Made by a program: the position numbers and the translations under genes
The notes under the pieces: model-generated
Told to the model about the DNA's origin: nothing
What the model saw: the letters and a program-made list of their open reading frames with translations, nothing else
Databases searched by the model: none
In this document: positions 16,523 to 25,840 of the stretch, piece after piece
How positions within the stretch are numbered: the stretch's first letter is position 1
How the letters are laid out: each line of letters begins with the position of its first letter
Origin: Planctomycetes bacterium UBA1146
Lineage (GTDB): Bacteria > Planctomycetota > UBA8108 > UBA1146
Length of the DNA: 46,433 nt
Direction: 5' to 3'
Assembly: GCA_963854815.1 (NCBI GenBank)
Contig: CAWLAN010000002.1
Coordinates: 1-46,433, forward strand

Positions 16523-18003
16523 AGATCTCCACGTTGTTGATGCTAGTACTTTGGATAGCCCCGGGAGTCGGTTGGGCCGTCGATTCCCCCGTCGCCCGCA
16601 TCGCTTCAGACCTCGATTCCTCCGATGCGCTGGTCGTCGCGAGGGCTCTGTCGTCGCTCGAGGCGCTCGACAACTCCTCGGTGGTGGCTCTCAGAGACAC
16701 CCTCGAGGGTGGCGTTTCGCCGCGCAGCCGGGCAATCCTGTCGGGGAAACTGGACGCGATCCTGACCGGGATGCTGGCAGAACTTGACGCTGCGGTGACC
16801 GACTTCGCGACGGCACGCAAGCGAACTCGTCGCCAACGGAAGCCATCTGACGAGGCCAACTCAGACCGTGAAACAGCCCGAAACCGGGTCGAAAAGGTCG
16901 AGCAGAAACTGGCCGTCAGTGGTTTATTTCTGGCTCCCCCTCTGGCCCGTCACGATGAACAGGTAGGGACTGCCATCTCGCTGGTGGTACGCGTGAGGGA
17001 GCGACTGAAGGAGCGACTTCGACAGCAAGTCGAGAAGCGCTGGCCGCAATTGCCCCCGGCCCGGGACATCCCGGAGCCCGTATTGCGCTGTCTCTGCGCT
17101 CTCTTGCCGCCTCGAGGAGAGGACCCCGACTGGGATCAAATCGCCCTGCGAGGAGCGCAACTTGCCATCGAAGAACTGGAGAGTTTTGACCGATCCCGCA
17201 TCTCGCTGGCTCGCTCATGGTTGCTCGATCTGGGACAGACGGGTCGACGACAACTGCTCGAATGGAGTCAAAGTGGCACATCGTCTCCGGTTCCCCCTGG
17301 CATCCGTCAGGAGTGGACGATCCGCAACCGATTGAGGATTCCGGCTCTGGTCGATCTGGACTCTTCCATCTCGGTGGCAAACTGGGACCAACTGGATGCG
17401 TCGACACGCCGCGACCAGTTGCTCCAGTTGCGCGCCGTCCATGGAGAACTGATCGCCCCGACGCTGGCCATCCTGGCCCGCGATGACCCGGATCCTTCGG
17501 TACGACGGCGCTGTGCTGAATTGCTCTCTCTACTGGGAGACCCTCGCGGTGCCAGACTGTTGCTGGCACAAAGACAGTTCAGCGCCAGCCAGGTCGAGGT
17601 CGCCAGCCGCGATGCAATCCTCCGTGCCTCGGTGAGACTGCGCGACGATGGAAATCTGGAAGGAGCCCTGGCGTTGCTCGACGAACTGGCCCGACGCATC
17701 ACCGCCGATGCGCAGATCCATCACGCCCTCGGAGTGGTCACCATGCGACTGCGAGATCTCGACCGTGCCATCGATGAACTCGAGCAGGCGGTTTCGCTGG
17801 ATCCAACCGATGCTTCCATCCACTACAACCTCGCTTGTGCCTGGGCTCTCTCGGGAGATCCGGAGAAGGCACTCGAATCCCTCAGGCAGGCGATGAAGCA
17901 CGGTTACTCGGACGCCGACCACACGCGCTCCGATGCCGATCTGGAGTCCCTCAGGGGGCTTCGAGCCTTCGAGCAGTTGATCGAGCAGATGCAGGGTTCC
18001 TGA
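16519..18003 (+). CDS. Secreted HEAT-like/TPR repeat protein (494 aa)
   Basis: The track ORF from 16354 is over-extended. The ATG at 16519 overlaps the upstream stop (ATGA) and gives MKISTLLMLVLWIAPGVGWA (signal peptide). There is a HEAT-like ARDDPDPSVRRRCAELLSLLGDPRG segment. C-terminal TPRs are present (AIDELEQAVSLDPTDASIHYNLACAWALSGDPEKALESL). Confidence 0.7.
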   Translation: MKISTLLMLVLWIAPGVGWAVDSPVARIASDLDSSDALVVARALSSLEALDNSSVVALRDTLEGGVSPRSRAILSGKLDAILTGMLAELDAAVTDFATARKRTRRQRKPSDEANSDRETARNRVEKVEQKLAVSGLFLAPPLARHDEQVGTAISLVVRVRERLKERLRQQVEKRWPQLPPARDIPEPVLRCLCALLPPRGEDPDWDQIALRGAQLAIEELESFDRSRISLARSWLLDLGQTGRRQLLEWSQSGTSSPVPPGIRQEWTIRNRLRIPALVDLDSSISVANWDQLDASTRRDQLLQLRAVHGELIAPTLAILARDDPDPSVRRRCAELLSLLGDPRGARLLLAQRQFSASQVEVASRDAILRASVRLRDDGNLEGALALLDELARRITADAQIHHALGVVTMRLRDLDRAIDELEQAVSLDPTDASIHYNLACAWALSGDPEKALESLRQAMKHGYSDADHTRSDADLESLRGLRAFEQLIEQMQGS

Positions 18004-18074
18004 GCCACCAGCCCCGTTTTGTGCAGGATGTTATTCTTCTCGGGAAGGCCTGGCATGGCGCCGGGACAGACTCG

Positions 18075-20504
18075 ATGCCCCACTTGGTCCGAACCGCCGA
18101 TCTGCCAGGCGATACTGCTCGCACACTACTCGACCTGGTCTCTTGCCACGGCAACGGAACCTGGACGTTGAAGCCCGAGGATGCCGACAGCCCACAGTTA
18201 TTGGTCCAGATCGAACATGATCGCCTCGTCGACCTGCATCGACCAGAGCATCCGAGCGTATTGATCCGGGCTCTCATCGATGGTGGTTCCCTTCGATCCA
18301 AGGATCGAAAACAACTCGAGAAGCAAGCTACCGAGCAGCACACTTGCCCCGGCGTACTTTGTCTCGACGCCGGACTGTTCGATCCGAACAACGCCGCTGA
18401 AGCGATCGGACAGGTGGTCGATGGAGACCTCATGCTTGTCCTGGAAGCGGGTGCATCGATCTGGTCCGGGCCCCATCCAGAACCGATCGGCACTGGACTG
18501 CATGGGCGCGTCGATCTGGGACAGTCTCTCGAGGAAGCATTCCTGCGCTCGGCACGCCGTCATGGTCTGTGGAAAGAGGTGGTCGATCTGCCGCTCCTGA
18601 GAGACGTTGTCGCTGCAACTCCCCAGGCGATGAGGGTGATCCAGGATCCCGATGAACCAGCCGAGACCAAAGCACTGATCGAGGCCTCCGATGGCCTTCA
18701 TGACATCGCAGAGATCGCCGGCGACCGTCCCGACCGATGGCGCGCACTCGATCACTTGCTCAAGTTGATAGCCCTGGGACATCTCGAGACACAGAATGCG
18801 ATGGAGTTGTTCCGAGCAGGAGAAGAGTTGTTCGCTGGCGGTCAGTCACACCAGGCTCTGCGTCGCTGGCGCCGTGCTGAGGAGATGGGACTGGATGATT
18901 TCGACCTCGGTGCCCGGATCGGTACAACCTGCGCAGAAACCGGACGAACCGCCGAAGCGCAACGACGCCTTCGGGCCCATGCTCAACGCTGCAGCGATCA
19001 ACTCCGCATCGATGCGGCCCGCGATGCATGGTCAAGAATGGCGATTATCGATCCCGACGATGCTGAAGCTCGCCAGAGAGCCATCGCACTGTGGCAGAAG
19101 GAACCTGGTGACGATCCTGGTCTGTGCCTGGAACTGGCCCGCACCCTCATCGATGTTCAACAGGCCGATAGCGCCTGCCAGTTGCTCGATTCTGTCGGTG
19201 CCATGATTCCTGACCCTCGCATTCATGAACTGCACGAGGAAGCCGCCTCCGCTGCTGGCGATCCTCATGGCAGTCACAAGGCGCGCTGGCGCCGAGCAGA
19301 ATCGTTGCGAGCATGTGGCCAACTGGAACAAGCCGCAGCGCACTACGAATACCTTTCCAGGCAAGAACAACCCGAACCACTGCTGTCGCTTCGTCTCACC
19401 GAGGTCGCGATGCACCGTGGCGATGCCAACTCGGCAAGGCAGTACTGCCAACAGGCCCTGGTCGGACCTCAGGGAGATCCTCGTATCCTGGACGCCGAAA
19501 CGAAAGAAGCCCTGGAGTTTCTCGCACAGGCTGCTGGAGCACCGTCCGATCTGCATCGTTGGATTGCCGACAATGCGCGGCGCATCGGCGATGTAGAACG
19601 AGAAGCGATTGCCCGACACCAACAGTGCCTGTCCCACCAGCAGGAGGCTGATCTGGTCGCTGCCTGCGAAGCGGCCCGCCGCAGTCAACTGCTGCAACCT
19701 GAAAACCTCGAAGTGGCACTGCAACGCGCACACCTGGAAGAACAAATCGGTGACATCCGGACGGCGATCTCGACCCTCGAACAAACCCTGGATCAACTCC
19801 CCGGCGGCCATCCACGGGAGCAAGAACTGATCGAGGCCGTGTTACAGCGTCATCGGAGCAGTCGCATCGCGTTGGAACGCTCTGTGCCCCTCACGAATGA
19901 AGGATCTGTACAGCAACGATCGATTCTTCTCAGACTGAGTTTGCTGTCGGTACTCGAGGGACAAAGAAGCACTGTTTCAGGCAAGCCAGATGCAAACCAA
20001 CTGGTGGGCGCGATCCTGTCGGCACTGATCGATCCGGAGGAAAATCGTCTGTCCCAGCTGGAGGCGGTTGTGCAGCAACTCGATCAACAAGCCGATCCGC
20101 TGGTTCAACTGCTGCGAGAAGAAATTTGTGATGTCGATCCGGAACATCCGTTCCTGAAAACACCTGCAGCGGCACCTGCCGTGGCCGAATCCCGGCGCGT
20201 TGAAGTGGTACGCACCGGCCTCGGTGGGATCACCGAGAAACTCCGTCACGTCCAGGTATCGGATTCCTCGCCTCCGCCAGAGACCGCCGAGAATTTACCG
20301 GAGAAAAAAACACCCGATGCTGGCACTGAGGAATCTCAAATAGGAATTCAGACCGCTCTCGAGCGGCTCAGATCTTTGCGTGCCGTGGGCGCCGACGAGG
20401 GCGAAGACGACCCGACTCCAGTCACCGGGAGTTGCTCGCCGCAGCAGGCCGATGGAGACCTGACTGATGCTGCGGCTCGACTGGGTGCTCTCAGAGAAGA
20501 CTAG
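18075..20504 (+). CDS. DUF4388-like N-terminal domain protein with a long TPR/alpha-solenoid region (809 aa)
   Basis: The track ORF from 17835 overlaps the previous gene by 170 nt, so I chose the ATG at 18075. The N-terminus ADLPGDTARTLLDLVSCHGNGTWTL....LLVQIEHDRLV fits the DUF4388 pattern (G.L..l.dLl..l....G.L.l......i.f..G.lv). The remainder is helical repeats plus an acidic, Pro-rich tail. Confidence 0.65.
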   Translation: MPHLVRTADLPGDTARTLLDLVSCHGNGTWTLKPEDADSPQLLVQIEHDRLVDLHRPEHPSVLIRALIDGGSLRSKDRKQLEKQATEQHTCPGVLCLDAGLFDPNNAAEAIGQVVDGDLMLVLEAGASIWSGPHPEPIGTGLHGRVDLGQSLEEAFLRSARRHGLWKEVVDLPLLRDVVAATPQAMRVIQDPDEPAETKALIEASDGLHDIAEIAGDRPDRWRALDHLLKLIALGHLETQNAMELFRAGEELFAGGQSHQALRRWRRAEEMGLDDFDLGARIGTTCAETGRTAEAQRRLRAHAQRCSDQLRIDAARDAWSRMAIIDPDDAEARQRAIALWQKEPGDDPGLCLELARTLIDVQQADSACQLLDSVGAMIPDPRIHELHEEAASAAGDPHGSHKARWRRAESLRACGQLEQAAAHYEYLSRQEQPEPLLSLRLTEVAMHRGDANSARQYCQQALVGPQGDPRILDAETKEALEFLAQAAGAPSDLHRWIADNARRIGDVEREAIARHQQCLSHQQEADLVAACEAARRSQLLQPENLEVALQRAHLEEQIGDIRTAISTLEQTLDQLPGGHPREQELIEAVLQRHRSSRIALERSVPLTNEGSVQQRSILLRLSLLSVLEGQRSTVSGKPDANQLVGAILSALIDPEENRLSQLEAVVQQLDQQADPLVQLLREEICDVDPEHPFLKTPAAAPAVAESRRVEVVRTGLGGITEKLRHVQVSDSSPPPETAENLPEKKTPDAGTEESQIGIQTALERLRSLRAVGADEGEDDPTPVTGSCSPQQADGDLTDAAARLGALRED

Positions 20505-20558
20505 AAGCAACCGTCCGCGCATCGAGGTTCCTGCGTTACGGTGCCAGTAAACAAAAAA

Positions 20559-20632
20559 TGGAGGCGGCACCCGGATTCGAACCGGGGATGCGGGTTTTGC
20601 AAACCCGTGCCTTACCACTTGGCGATGCCGCC
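20559..20632 (-). tRNA. tRNA-Cys (anticodon GCA), CCA encoded
   Basis: The reverse complement GGCGGCATCGCCAAGTGGTAAGGCACGGGTTTGCAAAACCCGCATCCCCGGTTCGAATCCGGGTGCCGCCTCCA folds as a cloverleaf. The 7-bp acceptor is GGCGGCA/TGCCGCC. The anticodon stem is CGGGT/ACCCG with loop TTGCAAA. The T arm is CCCGG-TTCGAAT-CCGGG. Confidence 0.95.
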
Positions 20633-21131
20633 TCTGTCGTCTTCAACGACCCCGAGCAAGCGGATCCTAGGGATCCGAGCCCCGGAGGTCAACTTCCACT
20701 TCCAGGCCACCGCAGCGGCTCCCGGATGCGACACTGACCTGGCTACAGTAGGTGATTTCCGATCCAGATCGATCGGCATCGACTGCATCGAAATTCCATC
20801 GATGAAGTTAAATATACGCGACTGACACCAATGCCTGTTCCCTCACGAGCCACAGTTGCTGCCTGGTGGACTTCTGCTGCGAGATGAACCCCCTCGAAAT
20901 CAACTGCTGGGTGTTTTGGACAAATTTGCCTTCATCTAGTGGCAGAATGCCAATTGACTGCCCTATCCCCCCTTCGCGGTATCAACACTATAATCGAGGT
21001 AAGAGGGGGGCCACCGGCCCCTGGAAGATAGGGATATTTGATTGCCCGGGGGGGCAATCGCACACGTGTTCGAGGAGACCCCGGCCCCCGCTGGGGATTC
21101 GCGCGTGTGATGGGAAGGGAGTGTCCTCGAG

Positions 21132-23684
21132 ATGCACCGAAGGATTTTTTTACGGATCTACCCCGCCGTGATCTGTTGGTTAGCTCTGGCGACGTATGTG
21201 TCTGCTCAATCGGACTGGGTTCAGTTCAACAATGAGACGGCCATTCGCATCAATGCAGCCGGGAGTGTCAGTACCACTGACACGGCTGAAAAGGACTATA
21301 TCTGGGGTGACGTCGATCAGGATGGAGACATCGATCTGATCGCGGTCCGCAAACAACCCTTCACTAGCGGAGGTGCCGGCGCATTTCGAACCAATGTGCT
21401 GTTCATGAACGAGAACGGCGTTCTCGTCGACCGGACATCCGAATATGCAAGTGCATCGGACGTCCCCGGCGATAACGGTTTCCTCACCCCCACCAATGAT
21501 CGCGATGTGATCCTCGCCGATATCACCGGTGACGGTTGGCTCGACATCATCACCGCGGTCACCCTTTCCGATGGCTCTCCAAAACACATCGCCTACCCAC
21601 GCGTTTACCGCAACCTGGGTCTCTCGGGCGGTCAATGGCAGGGTTTTCTGTATGAAGATGCACGCATCCCCCAGTTCGAGGGAAACACCGGTGGTTCACC
21701 GCACGCTCCTCGTTTCTGTTCGCTCGATGCGGGAGACATCGATAGTGACGGAGATCTGGATATCTATCTGGGTGACTATGATAGCGGTGGCGGCCAGACG
21801 CTCGACTTCAACGACCGTCTGCTGATCAATGATGGAAACGGTTTCTTCAGCGATCAAACCATCGCCAGGTTCAGCGGCTCCATCATCATCGGCGGCAGTC
21901 CGTTCCCGTTCCAGCAGTCAGCCTTCGGCATGGCATCTTCGATCCGCGATATCAATGGTGATGGTCACCTGGACATCATCAAGGACACTGCGCTCAATCC
22001 GCCACAGTACGTGGGAATCTCCTACAACAACCCCGCTGGAAGTGGTTCCTTCTCGGCGCACAAGGAGAGTTTCGCCAATATGGCGCCCTACCACGTCACC
22101 GTCGGAGATCTCAACAACGATGGTAGAAACGACCTGGTCGTCACCGATGACAATGCCGACTCTTTCCTGATCAACACAGGCAATGACGGCAGCGGGATGG
22201 CGAACTTTAGTCGTTTCTTCTACACCTTTGCTGGCGGCACCGGCGCCACCGGAGACGACGGCTTTGGCGGCAACTCCGTCATTGCAGATCTCGACAATGA
22301 CGGCTGGAACGATGTGATCATCTCTGACGTCGACGTCGACATCTCTGGCTGTGCCCGTCGTATGCACATCTACCACAACCTGGGTAACGGTCCGAATGTC
22401 ACCCTGCGCCAGGAGAATGATGGAGCGGCGTGGAGGCCCAACGGTGTCCACGACGTCGCCGTCTTCGACATCAATGGTGACGGCTGGCTCGACATGGTCA
22501 TCGGAACCTGCACCGGAACCGAGGTGTGGATGAACGAGGCTCCCATCGGGCTCAATATCAGTTTCCCGGCAGGAACCCCCGATGCGGTTCCGTGCGAGGG
22601 TCAGGCAATCGTCACCGCCCAGATCGAGGCATTCGGTGGCGGAGTGGTGTCGGAGCCGAGCGTGACGATAAATGTCTCGGCAGACGGAGATCCTTTCGTC
22701 GCAACCGTGATGACACCGATTGGCAATGGCCTCTACGAAGGAATCCTCGATGGCACTCTGGCCACTGCCTCGATGCAGTGGTTCGTCAGCGCAGAGTTGA
22801 CCAGTGGTCTCGCGCAAGTCAGCCAGACATTCTTCAATGTCCTGGCGGATTCAATTGACCGAGACGTCGATGACTTCGAAGCGGGCAATAATGGTTGGAC
22901 CGTCGAGACCGATCCGAGCGTAAGCGCCGGAGCATGGGTACTGGTCGATCCGAACGGTACCAACAGCGGTGGAACTGCCTCCCAGCCGGAAGATGCTGCC
23001 AGTGGAGCCCTGTGCTGGGTCACGGGCAACGGAGCGGTCGGAGGAGCCGCCGGTACCGCCGACCTCGACGGTGGTCCAACGCATCTGATCAGCCCTACCT
23101 ACAACCTGGCCGGCACCACGCCGATCATCAGTTTCAGCCTCTGGTATGCCAACATCGAATCCAATACGAACCAGCTCGACGACTTCGTCGTTTCCATCTC
23201 CGCCGATGCGGGAGTGACCTGGGCCACGGCACTGGTCGTTGGAGGAGCGCTCGGTACCTCTTCGAACTGGCAGACGTTCGAGATCCTGGTCAGTGACTTC
23301 GTCACTCCGAGCGCCAATATGGTGTTCAGGTTCACGGCATCGGATTCGCCGAATAACTCACTTTGTGAGGCAGCGATGGACGATTTCACCGTGGAAACGA
23401 CGACCTGCAACGGTCAGGGGCCGCAGTTCAAACGGGGAGACGTGAACATCGACGGGAACCTCGACATCAGCGACGCGGTCTCGATTCTGCAGATGCTGTT
23501 CAACGGAACTGCAGTGAGTTGTGACGATGCTGCAGATGCCAACGACGACGGATCGCTGAACATCGCAGACGCCGTGGCAATCCTCAGCGCTCTCTTCGGA
23601 GGGGCTGGTAACTTGCCAGAGCCGGTCAACTGTGGGCAAGACCCGACTGATGACTCACTCGAGTGCGCAAGTGGCTGCATCTGA
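21132..23684 (+). CDS. Secreted seven-repeat FG-GAP/VCBS beta-propeller protein (850 aa) with a MAM/jelly-roll-like domain and a C-terminal dockerin-like module
   Basis: The signal peptide ends ALATYVSAQS. There are seven Ca-loop repeats: GDVDQDGDIDLIAV, DITGDGWLDII, GDIDSDGDLDIYLGD, DINGDGHLDII, GDLNNDGRNDLVVTD, DLDNDGWNDVIISD and DINGDGWLDMVIG. A later segment (DDFEAGNNGWTVE...CWVTG...FRFTASDSPNNSLCEAAMDDFTVE) resembles MAM / choice-of-anchor-type domains. Confidence 0.85.
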   Translation: MHRRIFLRIYPAVICWLALATYVSAQSDWVQFNNETAIRINAAGSVSTTDTAEKDYIWGDVDQDGDIDLIAVRKQPFTSGGAGAFRTNVLFMNENGVLVDRTSEYASASDVPGDNGFLTPTNDRDVILADITGDGWLDIITAVTLSDGSPKHIAYPRVYRNLGLSGGQWQGFLYEDARIPQFEGNTGGSPHAPRFCSLDAGDIDSDGDLDIYLGDYDSGGGQTLDFNDRLLINDGNGFFSDQTIARFSGSIIIGGSPFPFQQSAFGMASSIRDINGDGHLDIIKDTALNPPQYVGISYNNPAGSGSFSAHKESFANMAPYHVTVGDLNNDGRNDLVVTDDNADSFLINTGNDGSGMANFSRFFYTFAGGTGATGDDGFGGNSVIADLDNDGWNDVIISDVDVDISGCARRMHIYHNLGNGPNVTLRQENDGAAWRPNGVHDVAVFDINGDGWLDMVIGTCTGTEVWMNEAPIGLNISFPAGTPDAVPCEGQAIVTAQIEAFGGGVVSEPSVTINVSADGDPFVATVMTPIGNGLYEGILDGTLATASMQWFVSAELTSGLAQVSQTFFNVLADSIDRDVDDFEAGNNGWTVETDPSVSAGAWVLVDPNGTNSGGTASQPEDAASGALCWVTGNGAVGGAAGTADLDGGPTHLISPTYNLAGTTPIISFSLWYANIESNTNQLDDFVVSISADAGVTWATALVVGGALGTSSNWQTFEILVSDFVTPSANMVFRFTASDSPNNSLCEAAMDDFTVETTTCNGQGPQFKRGDVNIDGNLDISDAVSILQMLFNGTAVSCDDAADANDDGSLNIADAVAILSALFGGAGNLPEPVNCGQDPTDDSLECASGCI
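23427..23681 (+). other. Dockerin-like double EF-hand module with Cys tail (copy A, C-terminal)
   Basis: FKRGDVNIDGNLDISDAVSILQMLFNGTAVSCDDAADANDDGSLNIADAVAILSALFGGAGNLPEPVNCGQDPTDDSLECASGCI. Confidence 0.75.
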
Positions 23685-23742
23685 TAGGAAACGCCACTTT
23701 CCGTCGGAATCGATCCGGCCGGGTGGTTTGTGAACAGACAGA

Positions 23743-23783
23743 CACCGCCGAGCAGGACAAGCCACCCTCGGCGGTGCTTGTTT
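23743..23783 (+). terminator. Possible rho-independent terminator after the FG-GAP gene
   Basis: A 10-bp stem CACCGCCGAG / CTCGGCGGTG (23743-23752 and 23767-23776) encloses a 14-nt loop and is followed by CTTGTTT. The loop is long and the T-tract is weak. Confidence 0.45.
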
Positions 23784-23955
23784 CGACCAGGACAGGACTC
23801 CCCATTATCGGGGAAAGAGAAGAGTTCTATCGAGCGAGGTGTGCTTGCGGACGGTCGGGGGACCGTCAGAGTGTTGTCGCATCGTGGGGAGTATCTGGGG
23901 TCCTGAACCCCTCGAGAATGCCCGCCTGGCTCAGGTGTTATTTGGGAGATGGGAA

Positions 23956-25737
23956 ATGTTTGATCTGCTGAAGACGCACAGCGTGCGCCGATTCACCTGC
24001 TGCGGGATGGGTGCCTTCCTGCTGCTGATGGTCACATTACTCGTGGGAGTGACTCCACTGCTCCAGGGGCAGCAATTGCAACCGCGTATGGGGGATCCCA
24101 TCGACGGTCTCACCCCGGATCAGTTGGATCGTTTCTTTGCGGGCAGGGATGAGTTCCTGCGAACCTTCGTCGAGGCGGATGGACTGGGCCCTGGATTCAA
24201 TCAGGACTCCTGCGCCTCCTGTCACGCGAATCCCGTCGGTGGTGGTGGAAGCATCACAGTGACCCGGTTCGGAGCTGCAGACAAAGGAGAACCTTTTGAT
24301 CCTCTGGCGTTCCTCGGAGGATCTTTGCTGCAAGCCAACGCCATCTCGGACGAATGCCTGGAGACGGTCCCGGCGGCGGCGACCGTCACCGCAGAACGGA
24401 TCACTCCGTCGCTGCTCGGTGCCGGTTTGATCGAAGCGATCCCCGATGCCGACCTGCTGGCGCTCAACAACGGCGGTGTGGCGCACATGGTGCCGCTGCT
24501 GGAGGATCTCAATGGTCCACTGGTCGTCGGCAAATTTGGCTGGAAAGCTCAGGTGGGCACGCTGCTGTCTTTCAGTGGCGATGCCACCCTCAACGAGATG
24601 GGCATCACCAATAGCCTCGTCGGCATGGAGAATGCACCCAACGGGGACCAGGCCCTACTGGCCCAGTGTGATCTGGTCGCGGACCCGGAAGAGCCACTGG
24701 TCGACGGGGTGCTGTTCATCGAGCGCCTCACCGACTTTCAGCGCTTTCTGGCTCCCCCACCTCAGACTCCCAAGAGCGGTATGGCTGGCGAAGTGATCTT
24801 CAACAGCATCGGCTGTGCTAGCTGTCATATCCCGTCATTCACCAGCGGTGTAGCGCCGGAGGCAGCCCTTTCCAATATTACTTTTCGCCCCTACGGAGAT
24901 TCCCTGCTCCACGAAATGGGGGGCCTCGGCGATGGCATCGTGCAGGGAGATGCTCTCGAACTGGAGATGAAAACTCCTCCGCTGTGGGGGATCCGAGTTC
25001 GTGGTCAATTGCTCCACGATGGTCGAGTACTGGTAAACAGCCTCAGTCAGGGGATCGATGAAGCGGTGTCGTGGCACTTCGGACAGGCTTTGGCGGCTCG
25101 CGAGGCGTGGCAACAACTTGCCGCTGGAGATCAAGATCTGGTCGTTTCGTTCCTGAACTCACTGGGACGAGCCGAGTTCGACATGGACGGTAACGGTTTC
25201 ATCGGATTCGGTGATTTACCAGATTTCATCGATTGCTGGACCGGTGACGCACCGGGAACTTTCGATGCCGATTCCCCCTGCGCCGTCAGTGATCTCGATC
25301 AGGACGGGGATGTCGATAGCGATGACCTCGATGGACTGCAACTGGCCTACATGGACACCCCGGCCGATTGTGACGCAAATGGCACCTGGGATCTGATTCA
25401 GATTCTTCTCCAGGGCGGCGATGCCAACGGCGATGGCATCCTCGATGCCTGCGCGGGTTCGATTTTCCGCCGTGGCGATGGCAACGACGACGCCGGCGTC
25501 GACATCAGCGATCCCATCGCAGCATTGAGCATCCTGTTCGGCGGTGCGCCTGCGCCGACCTGCGAGGATGCCCACGACTCCAACGACGATGGCGCCTTCG
25601 ACATCAGCGATCCCATCTACACCCTCACTTTCCTGTTCGGATCGGGGTTGCCGATGCCCGAACCTGGAAGTGTGAATTGTGGTCCTGACCCGTCAGTAGA
25701 TACCCTCGAATGCGACTCTTACACCAGTTGTCTCTGA
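23956..25737 (+). CDS. DUF1111-family di-haem protein (putative peroxidase / thiol oxidoreductase type) with extra EF-hand loops and a C-terminal dockerin-like module (593 aa)
   Basis: The ATG at 23956 is preceded by GGGAGATGGGA. A TM/signal segment (MGAFLLLMVTLLVGV) is present. There are two CxxCH haem motifs: CASCH at 24211-24225 and CASCH at 24814-24828. The DGLGPGFNQDSCASCH context is typical of DUF1111. Confidence 0.85.
   Translation: MFDLLKTHSVRRFTCCGMGAFLLLMVTLLVGVTPLLQGQQLQPRMGDPIDGLTPDQLDRFFAGRDEFLRTFVEADGLGPGFNQDSCASCHANPVGGGGSITVTRFGAADKGEPFDPLAFLGGSLLQANAISDECLETVPAAATVTAERITPSLLGAGLIEAIPDADLLALNNGGVAHMVPLLEDLNGPLVVGKFGWKAQVGTLLSFSGDATLNEMGITNSLVGMENAPNGDQALLAQCDLVADPEEPLVDGVLFIERLTDFQRFLAPPPQTPKSGMAGEVIFNSIGCASCHIPSFTSGVAPEAALSNITFRPYGDSLLHEMGGLGDGIVQGDALELEMKTPPLWGIRVRGQLLHDGRVLVNSLSQGIDEAVSWHFGQALAAREAWQQLAAGDQDLVVSFLNSLGRAEFDMDGNGFIGFGDLPDFIDCWTGDAPGTFDADSPCAVSDLDQDGDVDSDDLDGLQLAYMDTPADCDANGTWDLIQILLQGGDANGDGILDACAGSIFRRGDGNDDAGVDISDPIAALSILFGGAPAPTCEDAHDSNDDGAFDISDPIYTLTFLFGSGLPMPEPGSVNCGPDPSVDTLECDSYTSCL
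25465..25734 (+). other. Dockerin-like double EF-hand module with Cys tail (copy B, C-terminal)
   Basis: FRRGDGNDDAGVDISDPIAALSILFGGAPAPTCEDAHDSNDDGAFDISDPIYTLTFLFGSGLPMPEPGSVNCGPDPSVDTLECDSYTSCL. Confidence 0.75.
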
Positions 25738-25773
25738 TTCAGGGGTATACAACGGGGGTAATCAACCGATGAA

Positions 25774-25813
25774 AAAGAGGGGTGGTGCCATGAAGGCACC
25801 ACCCCTCTTTTCG
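25774..25813. terminator. Bidirectional rho-independent terminator between convergent genes
   Basis: A perfect 16-bp inverted repeat AAAGAGGGGTGGTGCC / GGCACCACCCCTCTTT has a 5-nt loop (ATGAA). An A-run lies on the left and a T-run on the right. Confidence 0.7.
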
Positions 25814-25840
25814 CGCGACCCCGCCCCGAAAGACACGTGA

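Noticed and set aside
20541-20825. A 94-aa + strand ORF overlapping tRNA-Cys, plus ORFs 20866-21171 and 21038-21235 in the long spacer
   Set aside because: The first is the antisense of a perfect tRNA cloverleaf. The others have no SD, have odd composition (Cys/Pro/Gly/Arg-rich), and overlap the start of the FG-GAP gene.
20954-20994. TTGACT (20954-20959) and TATAAT (20989-20994), considered as a sigma-70 promoter for the FG-GAP gene
   Set aside because: The spacing between the hexamers is 29 nt, far from the 16-18 nt optimum. The TATAAT alone is insufficient evidence, and promoter consensus in this lineage is unknown to me.
21918-22817. A 299-aa minus-strand ORF inside the FG-GAP gene. Similar long antisense ORFs are at 32435-33244, 42288-43181, 19032-19823, 35180-35980, 9612-10427 and 5832-6542.
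   Set aside because: Each lies fully inside a gene whose product has clear family motifs on the other strand. Their translations are low-complexity (Arg/Ser/Val/Asp-rich) with no motifs, SD or signal features.
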